A DNA stretch of 59,336 nucleotides, counting the filler, from Basidioascus undulatus (lineage: Eukaryota), in assembly GCA_000826855.1 (NCBI GenBank). It is 7 parts of 7 records of this genome, joined end to end, with 100 filler letters (N's around TTAATTAATTAA, not from the genome) between each part and the next. Parts side by side here need not be neighbours in the genome. Positions count along the whole stretch, not along the records: positions 50,958 to 59,336 come from JTLS01001401.1; 6 more parts are not named here. One strand, 5' to 3'. Below are positions 59,240-59,336 of the stretch, piece by piece. Position numbers and translations under genes: made by a program. The notes below the pieces were generated by a model. That model worked only from the letters and a program-made list of their open reading frames with translations, searched no databases and was not told the origin of the DNA. Each line of letters opens with the position of its first letter. Position 1 is the first letter of the stretch.

Positions 59240-59336
59240 CTGGGGAGGGGCGGGCGGAGTGAGCCTCGGGGGACGCGGGAGTGGGAAAGGAAGGAAGGGA
59301 GGGTATGGGAAGGGATGGAGCTGAGTGGGGTGTCGT

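Noticed and set aside
1..59336. Transporters, oxidoreductases and the LPMO forming one metabolic gene cluster
   Set aside because: They sit on separate contigs joined only by length sorting, and no backbone synthase is present.

Overview
This is eukaryotic DNA, most likely from a basidiomycete fungus (many GTGCGT/GTGAGT donors, CTRAC branch sites, short introns, microexons). It is not one locus. It consists of seven ~8.4 kb contigs (8403, 8397, 8396, 8393, 8386, 8382, 8379 bp, strictly decreasing) joined by artificial 100-bp N44-TTAATTAATTAA-N44 linkers, so adjacency across linkers carries no biological meaning. Apparently intact genes: an ACAD10/11-type phosphotransferase ending in SKL, D-2-hydroxyglutarate/D-lactate dehydrogenase (DLD2-like), an alpha/beta-hydrolase lipase, a 25-exon concentrative nucleoside transporter, an aldo-keto reductase, an AA9 LPMO and an FMP52/TIP30-like oxidoreductase. 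Partial genes: DHA1 MFS, She10-like ER protein, metallophosphoesterase, complex I ESSS subunit and eIF4E. There are two normal tRNAs (Lys-CTT; Ile-AAT with intron) and one aberrant tRNA-Thr(AGT). A similar number of accessory genes are visibly decaying (ZIP transporter, two F-box genes, AsaB-like oxidase, UNC-93 MFS, truncated DHA1 copy, YOR389W-like, kelch-like, HExxH-like). Main leads: a CpG-eroded palindromic repeat array, a candidate GA-AG intron, an AA9 lacking the second-sphere His and carrying a YDDGxYHP tandem tail, an inverted MFS duplication around the CNT gene, and an ESSS/PXA junction that may be chimeric. I do not see a convincing new multi-gene system.
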